Shown here piece by piece: positions 45,236 to 56,552 of a stretch of 64,000 nt of DNA. How positions within the stretch are numbered: the stretch's first letter is position 1; each line of letters starts with the position of its first letter. Under the pieces are notes generated by a model. It was not told where the DNA came from. It searched no databases and worked only from the letters and a program-made list of their open reading frames with translations. Origin of the DNA: an uncultured Planctomycetota bacterium (lineage in GTDB: Bacteria; Planctomycetota; Planctomycetia; Isosphaerales; Isosphaeraceae). The stretch is from positions 2,613,473-2,677,472 of the forward strand of contig CAWGMQ010000010.1 of the NCBI GenBank assembly GCA_963823665.1, in the 5' to 3' direction. The position numbers and the translations under genes are program-made.

Positions 45236-46162
45236 ATGGATTTCAGGGACCGTCAACGCGGAGCGATTCTCGGACTGGCGATTGGTGATGCCTTGGGCGC
45301 CGCAGTCGAGTTCGAGCCGCCAGGATCGTTCCTGCCTGTCACCGGCTACCGCAGCGGCGGCCCGCACGGACTGGAACCCGGTGAATGGACCGACGACACC
45401 AGCATGGCGCTGGCACTGGCGGACAGCATCGCCGAGGTGGGATGGGATCTGGATGACCAGGCGACGCGCTACGTTGCGTGGTGGAGGCGCGGACATTATT
45501 CCGTCAATGGCCGCGTGTTTGACGTCGGAATCACCACGGCGTCGTCGCTGTTGCGTTTTTGCGAAACGGGCGATGCGAGGGCGTCCGGCGACCCGTCCGG
45601 GCGCGCGAGCGGGAACGGCTCGATCATGCGACTGGCGCCGGTGCCGGTTGCGTTTGTTCGTCTCTTCCCAAGGCAGATCAATCTCCTGGTCGAACGTCTG
45701 GTCGAGTCGAGCCGGCCAACTCATGCGAGCCAGCAGTGCCTTTCCGCTTGCGCGTATATGGGAACGGTCCTGGGCGGGCTGCTGCACGGGCTGGCACGTG
45801 AGGAAGTGCTTGACCCCGGCTGGCCTCCGCTCCGGGAGGTGCAGCAGAGTTTTCCGCTGCATCCGGAAATCCGGGAAATCGCTCAGGGCAGCTTTCGCAC
45901 CAAGCATCCTCCCGCGATCACGGGCTCCGGCTACGTGGTGAAGAGCCTCGAGGCTGGGCTGTGGGCCTTTCACGATGCCGGCAGCTTTGCGGAAGCCGTC
46001 CTCAAGGCCGTGAACCTCGGAGACGATGCAGACACTACGGGAGCAGTCTGCGGTCAATTTGCCGGGGCTTGCTTCGGCGAGTCTCGAATCCCGGAAGAGC
46101 TTCGAACCGGTCTCGCCGCGCGCGATCAGATCGAACCGATTCTGGAGCGGCTCATCGGATAA
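45236..46162 (+). CDS. ADP-ribosylglycohydrolase (DraG/ARH family)
   Basis: GDALGA.VEF, WTDDT, GNGSIMRLAP, TH, NLGDDADTTGA. Confidence 0.95.
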   Translation: MDFRDRQRGAILGLAIGDALGAAVEFEPPGSFLPVTGYRSGGPHGLEPGEWTDDTSMALALADSIAEVGWDLDDQATRYVAWWRRGHYSVNGRVFDVGITTASSLLRFCETGDARASGDPSGRASGNGSIMRLAPVPVAFVRLFPRQINLLVERLVESSRPTHASQQCLSACAYMGTVLGGLLHGLAREEVLDPGWPPLREVQQSFPLHPEIREIAQGSFRTKHPPAITGSGYVVKSLEAGLWAFHDAGSFAEAVLKAVNLGDDADTTGAVCGQFAGACFGESRIPEELRTGLAARDQIEPILERLIG

Positions 46163-46313
46163 GCTTCCGCTTCGTCGGGAGGGAGAAGCTGCCGGGATGA
46201 GTCCCATCTGCCCGGCTCAAACTCTCCGCTAAATGGCTTTTCGCGATTCCAGGACGGCGATTCGCCCGAGCATGGAGCACTGACCTGGCCAGTGCCACCC
46301 ATCGGCAACTTCG

Positions 46314-46342
46314 GCGGACGGCACACGGAGTGTGCCTGCTAC
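46314..46342 (-). repeat. GTAG-type REP-like palindrome
   Basis: Minus strand GTAGCA-GGCACAC-TCC-GTGTGCC. Confidence 0.6.
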
Positions 46343-46531
46343 ACCGGACTATCGGCGAAGCTAGGCGGAGGGTAAGCTCGCCCTGATGGAGCGTCGGCGA
46401 ACCCCCCCCCTGGCAGCGCTGGATGGGCCGGTTAGCACAGCCGCTTTGCGGCTTGTTGACTATCGGTTGCGGATACCGCCTTCTGACGGCCAACCCCGCG
46501 GAGCCGCGCGAGTGGATACCGGGTGCGCTTG

Positions 46532-47721
46532 CTATTCGGCGCGCTTTTTTAGCCTTCGCATCACCTCGTCAGACACACGGAGCTCGTAGTCCACCTTCTC
46601 GCCATCGCGAACCTTCCGGACCCCGTCGAGAACGATCCTGTCGCCGACACCGACGCCCTTCTTGATCACATAGACGTCATCCAATTCGTGCTCGGCAACG
46701 ATCTCGCGCAGATGCGCTACGCCATCTTTGTCGACGACGTGAACGTACCGCTTGTCTCGAGTCGCGAGAGTCGCTCGGATGGGAACGACGATGGCGTCAT
46801 GCAACTTTCGGTGCATCACGATGGTACCGCTCTGACCGTGACGCAGCAGGCCGTCTGGGTTCGGGAAATCGGCGCGGAAGGCAATGGTTCCGGTTTCGTT
46901 GTTGAATTTGGCTTCTATCGCCGCGATCTTGCCGGGCTGCGGGAATATCGTCCCGTTCGTCAGCATGAGCTCGATTTTGCTTTCCTGATCCAACTTCCGG
47001 TTGGCCATGTATTCGAGGTACCGGTTTTCGGGAACGTTGAAATAGACCCAGATCGTGCTGTTATCTGACAACGTCGTCAGGGTGTCGCCTTCCTTGACCA
47101 GGCTGCCCACATGTTGTTGCAGGCGGTCGAGGATGCCGTCGAAAGGTGCTTTGATGTCGGCTGACGGGGCCTGTCCCTTTTCAAGAACTGGCGTGATCTT
47201 GAACAGCAGGTCGCCCTTCTTCACGGCCTGCCCTTCGTTGACCGCGATCTCGGTGAGATACCCGTTTTCCAAGGCACCGATGTTGATGTGTTGCCGCGCG
47301 GATCTGGCAGACATATTGCTGGCTGATGTCGACGTCCATTGCATAAGGGTTCGTGAGCACGAACTTTCGGTGCTTCTGGTCGCTGCCGGATCGGGCTGGA
47401 TTCGCCTCCGGCGATACGGCTGTGGTGGTCGGTTCGCCGGAGTCGCCGTCGCGCTTGGGCTGAAAGAGAATGAGCGCACCTTCTGCGTCGACGCGTATCG
47501 GTGTGTCGCCGGTCATCTCGACGACCGCCACCTTGCGCGGCGGCTCGCCGTTGCGAGAGGCCAATATGTGGAAGGTCCAGCCCGATGAGCCGGCCTGACG
47601 GGGCTTGTCGGTCTTATCCTGCTGTCGAGCGATTCCCGATTGGGCGAAAGCGACGGCACCGGCGGCGAGTGCTGCCACGACTGCTGTGGCAGTCATCACG
47701 ATTTTGACCTTGCGCGAACAT
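46532..47721 (-). CDS. RND efflux periplasmic adaptor-like protein, lacking the alpha-hairpin (frameshifts)
   Basis: EGQAVKKGDLLF, IKAPFDG, VYFNVPE, TGTIAFRADFPNPDGLLRHG. Confidence 0.8.
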
Positions 47722-47976
47722 GGATGTCAGGACTCCTTCGGTAATGACAGCGACCGATGTTGGAACGGCGCTCGCCGTTGCCGCGTAAACGACTGTCGAC
47801 TTTGCTAATCTCACGAGTAAACGCCGCGAGCGGCCTCGCGCGTTCCCGACTTGTTGCCGACGAGACGATTTTCAGCCCGGGTTGCGAACACCGTACCTGA
47901 TTCTTGGGGTAACCGCTCGTGATGAACAGGGACCGACGTTATTGCTATATTACTCGTGCGCGGCCCACGATGTGAA

Positions 47977-48046
47977 ATGGGAACAGTCCTCTGCGGGCTG
48001 CTGCACGGGGTGGCGCGTGAGGAAGTGCTTGATCGGATAAGCTTCC
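47977..48046 (+). pseudogene. Internally deleted copy of the ADP-ribosylglycohydrolase 3' half
   Basis: 47977-48032 matches 45758-45813; 48032-48046 is identical to 46154-46168. Confidence 0.82.
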
Positions 48047-48096
48047 AGCTCGCCGCGAGGGAGGGCGCGGAGCCCGGTGGCGGTAGGCCTGTTCCG

Positions 48097-48552
48097 TCAT
48101 TTCTTCTTCCCGCGCTGCACCGCGTGGACCAACTCATCGAGCTTGCCGAGGAACCTCGAGCGATCGGCTTTGGCGAACGGGGCGGGGCCGCCGCCGAATG
48201 AGCCTGACTGCCGCAGCATGTCCAGGAGAGCGCGGGTCGCCAGCGCGTTCCCCATATCATCTTCTGTGAACTCGACGCCCTTCGGGCCCAGGACTCTTGC
48301 GCCAGCCCGAATGCAGCGGTCGGCGAGCGGGATGTCGGTGGTGATCACGATGTCGCCCGCCACCACATTCTCGACGATCCGATCGTCGGCCGCGTCGAAC
48401 CCGCCTCGCACCACGACCAGCTCGATCAAGGCTTCAGCGGGTACCCGGATCGGCGTGTTGGCCACGACGAACACCTTGATCTCGTACCGCCGCGCAACCC
48501 GGTAGACCTCTTCCTTGACAGGGCAGGCGTCCGCGTCGATGTAGATGGGCAT
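48097..48552 (-). CDS. yaiI: YaiI/YqxD (DUF188) family protein
   Basis: [34 protein letters not shown]...DRSRF. Confidence 0.92.
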   Translation of the reverse strand: MPIYIDADACPVKEEVYRVARRYEIKVFVVANTPIRVPAEALIELVVVRGGFDAADDRIVENVVAGDIVITTDIPLADRCIRAGARVLGPKGVEFTEDDMGNALATRALLDMLRQSGSFGGGPAPFAKADRSRFLGKLDELVHAVQRGKKK

Positions 48553-48572
48553 CGGCAGCTCCGGGACCCGGC

Positions 48573-51543
48573 TCACGGTGCGAACGGCTTTTCCGGCATC
48601 GCCACGTCCATCATCAGGAGCTGGAAGTCCTGGCGCGATCGCAGGGGGTCGAGGTCGGAATCGTTGCGCATGACTGCGAGGTCACGGAATCCCCGAGCGA
48701 CGGCCTTTCGCAGGAAGATCATGGCCCGATCAGCCTCGGCGGCGCCCTCCGCGGCGGTGAGCCCCGAGCGGGGCAGGGCCGCTATTCCGGCCAGCCGGGC
48801 GTGCGCACAGGCCGCGTTGTAGTAATCGAAAAGTGTGGGTGATGAAATCATCGCCCACATCGCGAGAGCCTTACGGTATGCGTCGGCCGCCTCGGCCGCC
48901 TGGCCGTCGGCTTGACGGAACGAACCGACCCTGAGCACCGACTCGGCGAGCATGCGCTGGAACTCGGTCACGCTCGGGTTGGCGTCAGCCAGCCTCCGCA
49001 AAATCTCCCGCACTCGCTCGTACGCCGCCAGCGCTTCGGCACGCTTGCCCATTCGGGTCAGCAGATCGCCGACGTAGGTCTGGTTCATCGCAAGGACACG
49101 CTGGAACTCGGTAATCGAAGGGTTCGCGTCAACCAGCGTCTGAGTGATCGCCCGCGCGCGGTCATAGTCTTCCAGCGCTTCGGCCCGCTTGCCAAGTCTC
49201 TCGTGCGCGATGCCGACATTGTTGAAGATAAAAGCCAGGTTACTCTGGAACTCGGTGACTCCCGGATTGGTGACGGCCAGCTTCTGAGCAATTACCCGAG
49301 CTTTCTCATACCACGTGAGCGCCTCGGCCAGCTTGTCCTGGCTTGCCAGCGCGACGCCGATCTGATTGAGAGTGGCCGTCAGGTCGCTCTGAAACTCGGT
49401 GACGGAAGGATTGGCGTCGGCGAGCGTTTGGCGGATCGACAGAGACTCTTCGAGCGACGCAAGCGCCTCGTCGTGCTTGCCCATGTTTTCTCCAAGCAAA
49501 CGGCCGATTCGAAGGTGTGCCTTGCCCAGGACGGCTTGGACCTGCCCGGGCGCGAGGTCGGTCTTACCGAGCCGCTCGGCCAGCCCCCGAGCCTCCTGGA
49601 ACGCCACCATCGCACCGGCCAGGTCTCCTGTGTCTCGCTGCAAGGAGCCCGCGGCAAGCAGGCTGCGCGCCAGGTCGAGAGTCGCCCCCGCATCCGCTGA
49701 CCGCCGCGACTGCAAGCTCCCGCCGCACCGCGATCGCCTTCTGGTAAACGGCCAGCGCGTCCTGCTTGTTCCCGATGTTTCCGCTCAAGCCCGCCAGCTC
49801 GTCGTAGGCGGTGGCCAGGGCCGCGCGCGACTTCGGGTCGGTGTGACCCGTGAGCAGGCCCTCCATCTTCCCGTAGAAATCGGCCGCGCCGCGCAGCAGC
49901 TTGGAGCGCAGTCCATCGAACTCTCTCTCTTTCAGGAGCAGATCCTCGCTCACCTCGCCGTGGAACAGTTTGATCGCCGACATCGCCAGGTCGAATCGCT
50001 CCCGCTCGCGCCCGTAGGACGGCAACGAGATCGGCGTTGGACCTTTTGACCTGGGCGTTGGCGATGGCCAGGTCGATGTTGGCCGAAGTCAAGTCGTGAT
50101 TGGCCTGGGTCTGCACGGCGAGCACCGACGCGGTACCCGCCAGCGCGACCAGCACCGCCGCGGCGAGCGCGGCGACCGCGGCCCGGTTGCGGCGGCCCCA
50201 CCGCCGCGCCCGGCGGGAGAGTGGCTCGCGCCAGGCCGTCACGCGCTCGTCGGCCATCCAGCGATCCACGTCGCCGGCCATTGCCGGGGGGTGGCGTAGC
50301 GATCGGCGGGATTCCTGGCCATCGCCTTCAGGCACACCGCTTCGAGGGCACGGTCTAACGTGGGGTCAAGAGCCCGCGGCGGCCGCAAGTCGCCGGTTTG
50401 CACGGCCCGCAGCACGTCCACCACATCGCCTGCCTGCGGCGGCTTTCCGGTCAACAGGGAGTAGAGAACCGCCCCCAGGCTGTACACGTCCGACCGCGGG
50501 CCGATTCGGTCAAAGTCGCCGAGCGCCTGCTCGGGGCTCATGTACGCCGGCGTGCCGAGTGCCGAGCCCGGCAGCGTTTCCGAGCTGCCGCGCGGCGAGC
50601 CCGGCAGGAGCGTCCGCTCGCCGGACGATGGGTCCGACCTGCCGGTCGCCTTGGCCAGCCCCCAGTCGACGACCAAAGTCTCACCGTGCTTACCCAGGAT
50701 CACGTTGGCCGGCTTGATGTCGCGATGCAGCACACCTCGGCTGTGGGCGTACTCGATGGCGTTACAGACGTCAGTGAATGCGTGAAGCAGCTTGCGCAGC
50801 TCGAGCGACCGCCGGCCTGGATCCTCGTTGAGCGTCACGTCACCGTGAAAGTGCGCGATTGCTTCCTTGAGCGATTCTCCGCGAATGAACCGCATCGCGT
50901 AATAGGGCCGGCCGTCTGCATACGTTCCCAGGCCGTAGACCGGCACGATGCCGGGGTGCTCGAGCCCGCCAGTGATCTCGGCCTCGAGCACAAAGCGGTC
51001 CCGGCTGTCAGGGTCGTCGGCATGCGCGTCGAGGATCTGCTTGAGGGCGACCTCGCGATTCAATTCAGCATCAAGCGCGACGAAGACCGCGCCCAGGCCG
51101 CCCTTGGCATGTGGCCGCAACACACGAAACCGCCCGCCGGCCGAGGTGGCCGCGCCAACGGAACTGGCGATTGTTGTGTCTTCTTCCACGCTCGCGCTCT
51201 CGGAGCCGTCCACCCCGACGCGGGCGAGCGAGGCCTCGATCTGAGGTCCGCCGATCCGCGCTAGGCTCTCGCAAGTCGCACGGCCGGCCGGAACGGCGGC
51301 GAGGCTCCTCTCGACGTCCGCGCCGTGTTTCTTCAAGTGCAGGCCTACCATCGCGTCAATCACGGCGCGCTGATCGGCGTCAAGTTCACCGCGCGCGACC
51401 AGGTGAGCGGCGAGGTCCCGCGCCTTGTCGAGGTTCCAGGCCTGAAACGCGGCCACGAGCTGACCCTGGTTGATCAGGCCGACCTGAAGCGCGAGCAATC
51501 CGAAGAGTAGATTCCGCTCGGGAGACGTGGAGGCAGCGCCCAT
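48573..51543 (-). CDS. Ser/Thr protein kinase with TPR repeats (frameshifts ~50290, ~50020, ~49700)
   Basis: [11 protein letters not shown]-terminus, [29 protein letters not shown] repeats; YNAAC..D.DLDPLR end. Confidence 0.9.
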
Positions 51544-51759
51544 CAGTCGAGGCTCCGGTGTCGGTCCGGCGGAGTTTGCATGATCTCATGCGCATCGGGC
51601 CCGCCGGCTCTTCGAGGCTACGTTGCCAATATGAGGAGTGCAATGGCGAGCCCGAGCATGCCGGCGGCCACCGCACGTCCAGTTCGGGCCGCCCGAATGC
51701 TTTCTCCTCGTTCACGCTATGAGGCAGTACGCGTCCAACCTCGGATCATTGGCAACGGG

Positions 51760-51788
51760 TTGACAATAATTGTCAAGTCTGGCATGAT
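51760..51788 (+). promoter_or_regulatory. Sigma-70-type promoter overlapped by a palindromic operator
   Basis: TTGACA-17 nt-CATGAT with TGn; TTGACAAT-A-ATTGTCAA inverted repeat at 51760-51776. Confidence 0.72.
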
Positions 51789-51810
51789 CGTCCGAAAGGA
51801 CGTAGCCAAA

Positions 51811-52073
51811 ATGGAAACTATGAATATCGCATTGCCCGAATCGATGAAGCACTTTGTGCAGGAACGGGTGATCGAAGGCGGATACAGTAGCGTCAGTGAA
51901 TATGTCCGTGAGCTGATCCGAGCGGACCAGAAACGCAAGGTCAGCGAGCGCATCGACACTCTGCTGCTCGAAGGGTTGGATTCCGGGCGCCGATCTCCGT
52001 GACGCCCGAGTACTGGGACGAGAAGAAACGCCGCCTGACCGAACGGTTGAGCAAAGTGACGCCGCCGCAATGA
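51811..52073 (+). CDS. parD: ParD-like ribbon-helix-helix antitoxin (frameshift ~51990)
   Basis: MNIALPE.MK.FV..RV..GGYSS.SEYVRELIR..LLEGLDSG; shifted tail stops with ATGA overlap on the toxin. Confidence 0.88.
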
Positions 52074-52399
52074 CCGCGCACTACCGCGTCCTCCCCGCCG
52101 CCGACCGGGACCTGGACGACCAGGCCTCTTATCTGGCGGCAGTAGGCAGCCTGGAATTAGCCCTCCGATTTTATGACGCGGCCAGCGCCACCTTCGCCAC
52201 GATCGCGGGCATGCCCGCGGTAGGCGAACGGTGGCGGTCAGATAACCCTCGCCTGGCCGAACTGCGTGTCTGGCCAGTCGCGGGTTTCGAGAAGCACCTG
52301 ATCTTCTACCGACCTGTCGTCGAAGGTATCGAAATCGTCCGGGTGGTGCACGGGCCACGCGACATCGATGGTGTGCTCGAATCTGGTCACACCGAGTGA
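52070..52399 (+). CDS. parE: ParE/RelE-family toxin
   Basis: A.RDL, P..G, LR..PV..F.KHLIFYR, IEIVRVVHG.RD. Confidence 0.9.
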   Translation: MTAHYRVLPAADRDLDDQASYLAAVGSLELALRFYDAASATFATIAGMPAVGERWRSDNPRLAELRVWPVAGFEKHLIFYRPVVEGIEIVRVVHGPRDIDGVLESGHTE

Positions 52400-52589
52400 C
52401 AGCCTGAAGCAATCCGAATTCTGACTGCAACCGGCTCGTGCTCGCTATCGCTGTGCGTTATCCTTGATCCACCGAAACCAGAAATCGCGATCTTCGAGAC
52501 TCGCTGAGCCTGAGTGCGTAGCTCATCTTTCCGGTGGATTCGCCCGACGCGACGTTGGCGATGACTTCGCCGCCCTGGAGGGCGTGAGC

Positions 52590-54608
52590 ATGCCTGAGAG
52601 ACCCGCGCAACGCGTTGATCGCGCTCTATTGATCGGCGTGGATCGATACCAGTACATTCGCCCCAACCTGGGAGGTTGCGTCGGCGACGTCAACCGGCTG
52701 CGCGATTTGCTGGTCGGGCAGCTCGCCACGTCGCCCCGCCGGATCATCCAGCTCACCTCGAGCATGCGGCTGAAAGAGAAAGCACCCAAACGACCCACGC
52801 GCAAGAATATCATTAACAGCCTCAAGAGGCTGGCCGCCGTCGCGAAACCAGGGGAGCAGATATACATTCATTATTCCGGTCACGGGATGCGCAACGCCAC
52901 AACGATCTTGCCAGGCATCGAAGCCGACGGGCGCGACGAGGCGATCGCACCCATGGACAGCGGCTCGAGCGATCCGGCGAGCTATTACATCCTTGACAAG
53001 GAGCTGGGCTGGCTGCTCGGGCAGATCACGAACACCGGCGCGTTCGTGACGGTTGTGCTCGATTGCTGCCACTCGGCGTCCGGGACGCGTGAGATCGGAG
53101 GGCCAGGGTCGGGCCGAGAGCCGAAGGTGCGCCGCGGCTGGGAGGGGGAGGACCGGAGACCGCGGACCGACGCGAACCTGGTTGCGCCGATTGCCGAGCT
53201 CAAGATGGTCGCAACCTCCGCACCTGGAGCGACGGGCAGCCTGTTGCCAGCTCCGAAGGATTACATCTTGATGACGGCCTGCCGCGAGCGAGAGACGGCC
53301 AAGGAGTATGAATCCAACGGCGTTTTCACTTTTTTCATGCTCGAGCATCTCAAGAACGGCCTGGCCGGCTTGACATTCCGCGACCTCCAGGACCGGATCG
53401 CCGGCAGTATCCGGAGCCTGGCATCGGGTCACCGCGACTACGACGAACAGACGCCGCAACTGGAGGGAAACGGCAACCTCGTCGTTTTCGGCGGCGGCGT
53501 CGTGGCCGAACCGACGGCGCTTCCGGCAGTCTTGCAGGCCGACGGCACCATTTTACTCCCGGGTGCAGGCGCAGCGGTGGGCGTGGTCGTGGGCACAACT
53601 GTGGGCCTCTACTCGCCGGGGACGATCGATTTCGCCGACCCAGGCTGTCAGATCGGAGTCGCGACCGTGAAGCGCGTTCGCGCCGACGCTGCCGTGTGCG
53701 ATGGCGCCGGCGATGTGCCTGCGGAGAAGCTCGTGCCAGGCATGCGAGCGATCGTGATACGTCCGGGCGTCGCGAAGATCCGGCGGCGCGTCGCGGTGAT
53801 CGGTGGCACCGTGCTGGACGAGCTGCGTCGGTTGATCGCGCCGCCGGGCGCGGCCGGGCTGCCTTCGGCAGTACTCGAGCTGGTCGAAGAGGACGAACGG
53901 CCCGAGCTGTCGGTCGTCATCTCGGACGGGATCTACTCAATCCGCGACAACCTCGACCAGCCCCTGCCGCGCATCAGCCCGCCTGTCAGGGCCGGCCAGC
54001 CGCGGGCCGCCGCCAGGGTGCTCAAGCGGCTCGAACACATTGTTCACTACCGCAACGCGTGGGACCTTTATAATGGCGACGAATCCTCGAAACTACGCAA
54101 TGCGCTGGCGATCTCGATCAAGCGGGGCGTCACGCGCTCCGGCGGACGGGTCGGGCTGGAGCCGGGCGACCAGATCACGATCTGTGTGCACAACCGGTCC
54201 GCGGCCCCCTTGAGCGCGGCGCTTCTGTACTTCGCTCCGGACTGGAGCGTCGTCCGCGTCTGGCCGGACGGCGATACCGCGTATACCGAATTGGGGCCCA
54301 CCGGCGATGTCGGCTTCGAGGTCCAGGTGATGGAGGCCAGTCTGCCAGCGGGGGTGGCATCGAGCATCGACCGGCTCAAACTGTTCGCGACACAGAAAAA
54401 CCGGCCAACCAGCTTCGATATCCTGCACCTGGAAAAGCTCGATCAGGCACGGGCCACGAAGCGTGCGGGGCTGGCCGGCCCGCAGAATGAACTGGAGGCG
54501 ATCCTGGACTCCATGGTTGCGGGAGCGGTCTCGCGCGAGTTGGTCTCCGTCAAGCGCACGGGCGACTGGGGCACCGCTCGCCTCGAGCTAGAAACTTTGC
54601 CTGGCTGA
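52590..54608 (+). CDS. Caspase-like peptidase (C14) with long C-terminal region ending in a DUF4384-like beta domain
   Basis: ALLIGVD.Y, L.GCV.D, HYSGHG, LDCCHS dyad, GVFT, QTPQLEG; GGAGG upstream. Confidence 0.9.
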   Translation: MPERPAQRVDRALLIGVDRYQYIRPNLGGCVGDVNRLRDLLVGQLATSPRRIIQLTSSMRLKEKAPKRPTRKNIINSLKRLAAVAKPGEQIYIHYSGHGMRNATTILPGIEADGRDEAIAPMDSGSSDPASYYILDKELGWLLGQITNTGAFVTVVLDCCHSASGTREIGGPGSGREPKVRRGWEGEDRRPRTDANLVAPIAELKMVATSAPGATGSLLPAPKDYILMTACRERETAKEYESNGVFTFFMLEHLKNGLAGLTFRDLQDRIAGSIRSLASGHRDYDEQTPQLEGNGNLVVFGGGVVAEPTALPAVLQADGTILLPGAGAAVGVVVGTTVGLYSPGTIDFADPGCQIGVATVKRVRADAAVCDGAGDVPAEKLVPGMRAIVIRPGVAKIRRRVAVIGGTVLDELRRLIAPPGAAGLPSAVLELVEEDERPELSVVISDGIYSIRDNLDQPLPRISPPVRAGQPRAAARVLKRLEHIVHYRNAWDLYNGDESSKLRNALAISIKRGVTRSGGRVGLEPGDQITICVHNRSAAPLSAALLYFAPDWSVVRVWPDGDTAYTELGPTGDVGFEVQVMEASLPAGVASSIDRLKLFATQKNRPTSFDILHLEKLDQARATKRAGLAGPQNELEAILDSMVAGAVSRELVSVKRTGDWGTARLELETLPG

Positions 54609-54730
54609 CGTTCGTGTGAAAGAATGGTCCGAGACGACCGCCACCGCGAACAGGTGGGGAAGCGAACGGCGGCGCGCACGAGTCGAGAATCCCCGACGGC
54701 AGGTGCCGATGATTCCGGCGAAAGGGATCG

Positions 54731-56552
54731 ATGATGGAGATGCATAAGGTCGATTTCAGCGGGGCTTGCGCTCTGGTCATCGGGATCGCCTCCTACCAAC
54801 ACGTCCGGCCCCTTCCCAAGGTCGATGATGCCAAGGCGATCTCCGAAGTGCTCCTGGACAACGAGCTCTGTGGGTACGGGAAGGTCACAACGCTGGAGGA
54901 AGAGAAGGCCACCAAGCAGGCAATCCTCCACGAGCTGGACGAGCTGGCGAATGAACCGACAAAGACCGCCGTGCTGATCTACTTCTCGGGCCACGGGGGG
55001 CGGATCGACGAGGGGGAATACCAGGGGCAATACCTGCTGCCCGTCGAAGCGATCTACAGTTCCGACGCGGAGCTCGCCAGGACGGCCATCGACGGCAAGC
55101 TACTGACAGAGAAGCTCGGGGGCATCGCCAAGCGCACGAGGCAATTGACGGTCATTCTCGACTGCTGCCATGCGGGCGTGCTCGTCGAGGACGAGGCCGT
55201 TGCGAAAGACCTCACCGTGGTGGGTATGCACCCGGGCCTATCGCCGGGCTTTCTGGAGAAAGAAATCCTGGGCAAGGCCCAGGTGATCCTCGCCGCTGCC
55301 ATCGACAAGGCTTACGTCTATCAAGATGACCAGTACGGCGCGTTCACAAAGCACCTATTGAATGGCTTGCGTGGCGAAGCCGGAGGGTCGGGCGGGATCA
55401 TACGGGTGACGGAGCTCTACAACTACATCCAGGAGCGCCTTGCGAGCGAGAAAGCCAAACAGCGCCCCTTTTTCAAGGCCGCGTTTGAAATCGACTACCC
55501 GATCGTGCGCCACCTGGGCAGCAAGGCCGGATCGGGCATCACGATCACGACTGGCCTCGAAGTGCTCAGCAGGTTGATCGGCGAGAGTGCCCTGGTTCGG
55601 CAGATGGTCAGCAATATCAAGAACAATCTGGAAGCAGAGCGCGAGCAGATCAACAGCGTGGCGCTCCTGAAGTCACTGCACGACCGGCTCCATGAGCTGC
55701 AGGCGCACGACTTCCGCGAGATCCAGCGTGAACAGGAGCTTCTTCCCGCCATCGCGCGAGCCTGGCCGAATCTGACCAATCTGGCGGATTGGGTCAAGAG
55801 TCGCGCCGAGGTGTTGCGTTCCATTGCGACCATGGTCTATCCGGAAGAGGAGGCGATGGAGTGGGTCGACGAGCTCGTCGAGCGCGGCCGAGCAACTCCA
55901 TCAGGGCGCTCTGCATCGCGACGAGAACGAGGTCGAAGACGGGGTATTGGGGCTCAGTCGCGTGCTGAGCACGCGTCCAGCGCAGGTCAACACGGACCTT
56001 CTGAAGGCGATTCGCGGGATGAAGCTGCGCGTGCTATTTGGCGAGCTGATGAGGATTGGCGAGGAGATGGCGCGGGCGGAGGTCGCCGAGAACGACGTGC
56101 GTACCTTTACCACGGGCGGACGGGACCTGGGCCGATTCGATCGCGAGATCACCGACTTGATGGAACAGCACGATCGCTGGCAGGAGATCGACGTGGAAGC
56201 GAGCCGGATCGATAATAACTGGAAGGGGCATCCGCGAGAGCTGAACGCCTCCTGGCCGAGACTGTCAACGATGGTCCGGGAGCAGCTCGAATTCGTGACA
56301 GCGCCCCACGACAAGGACCTGGATGCGGCTATCGAGGCGGTGGCCGGTGTGCTCGACGAAACCGGACCGGGTTCGACGGAGAACAAGTATGACGCGTTTC
56401 GGAAGTTGCGAAAGCACGCCGTCGACTGGTTCCATACGCTGGACACAATTCTGCTCGGTCGGTGTAACGAGCTGAAGGCGATTGACGCCGCATTGAGCCT
56501 GACAATTGCCGCCGTCGGGAAAGCCACTTCCCAAGGGAATTCCGGACCATGA
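54731..56552 (+). CDS. Caspase-like peptidase (C14) fused to an uncharacterised alpha-helical domain of about 330 aa (frameshift ~55885)
   Basis: ALVIGI..Y, YFSGHG, LDCCHAG, GAFT..LL.GL.G, QRP; helical part continues in ORF 55824-56552. Confidence 0.88.
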
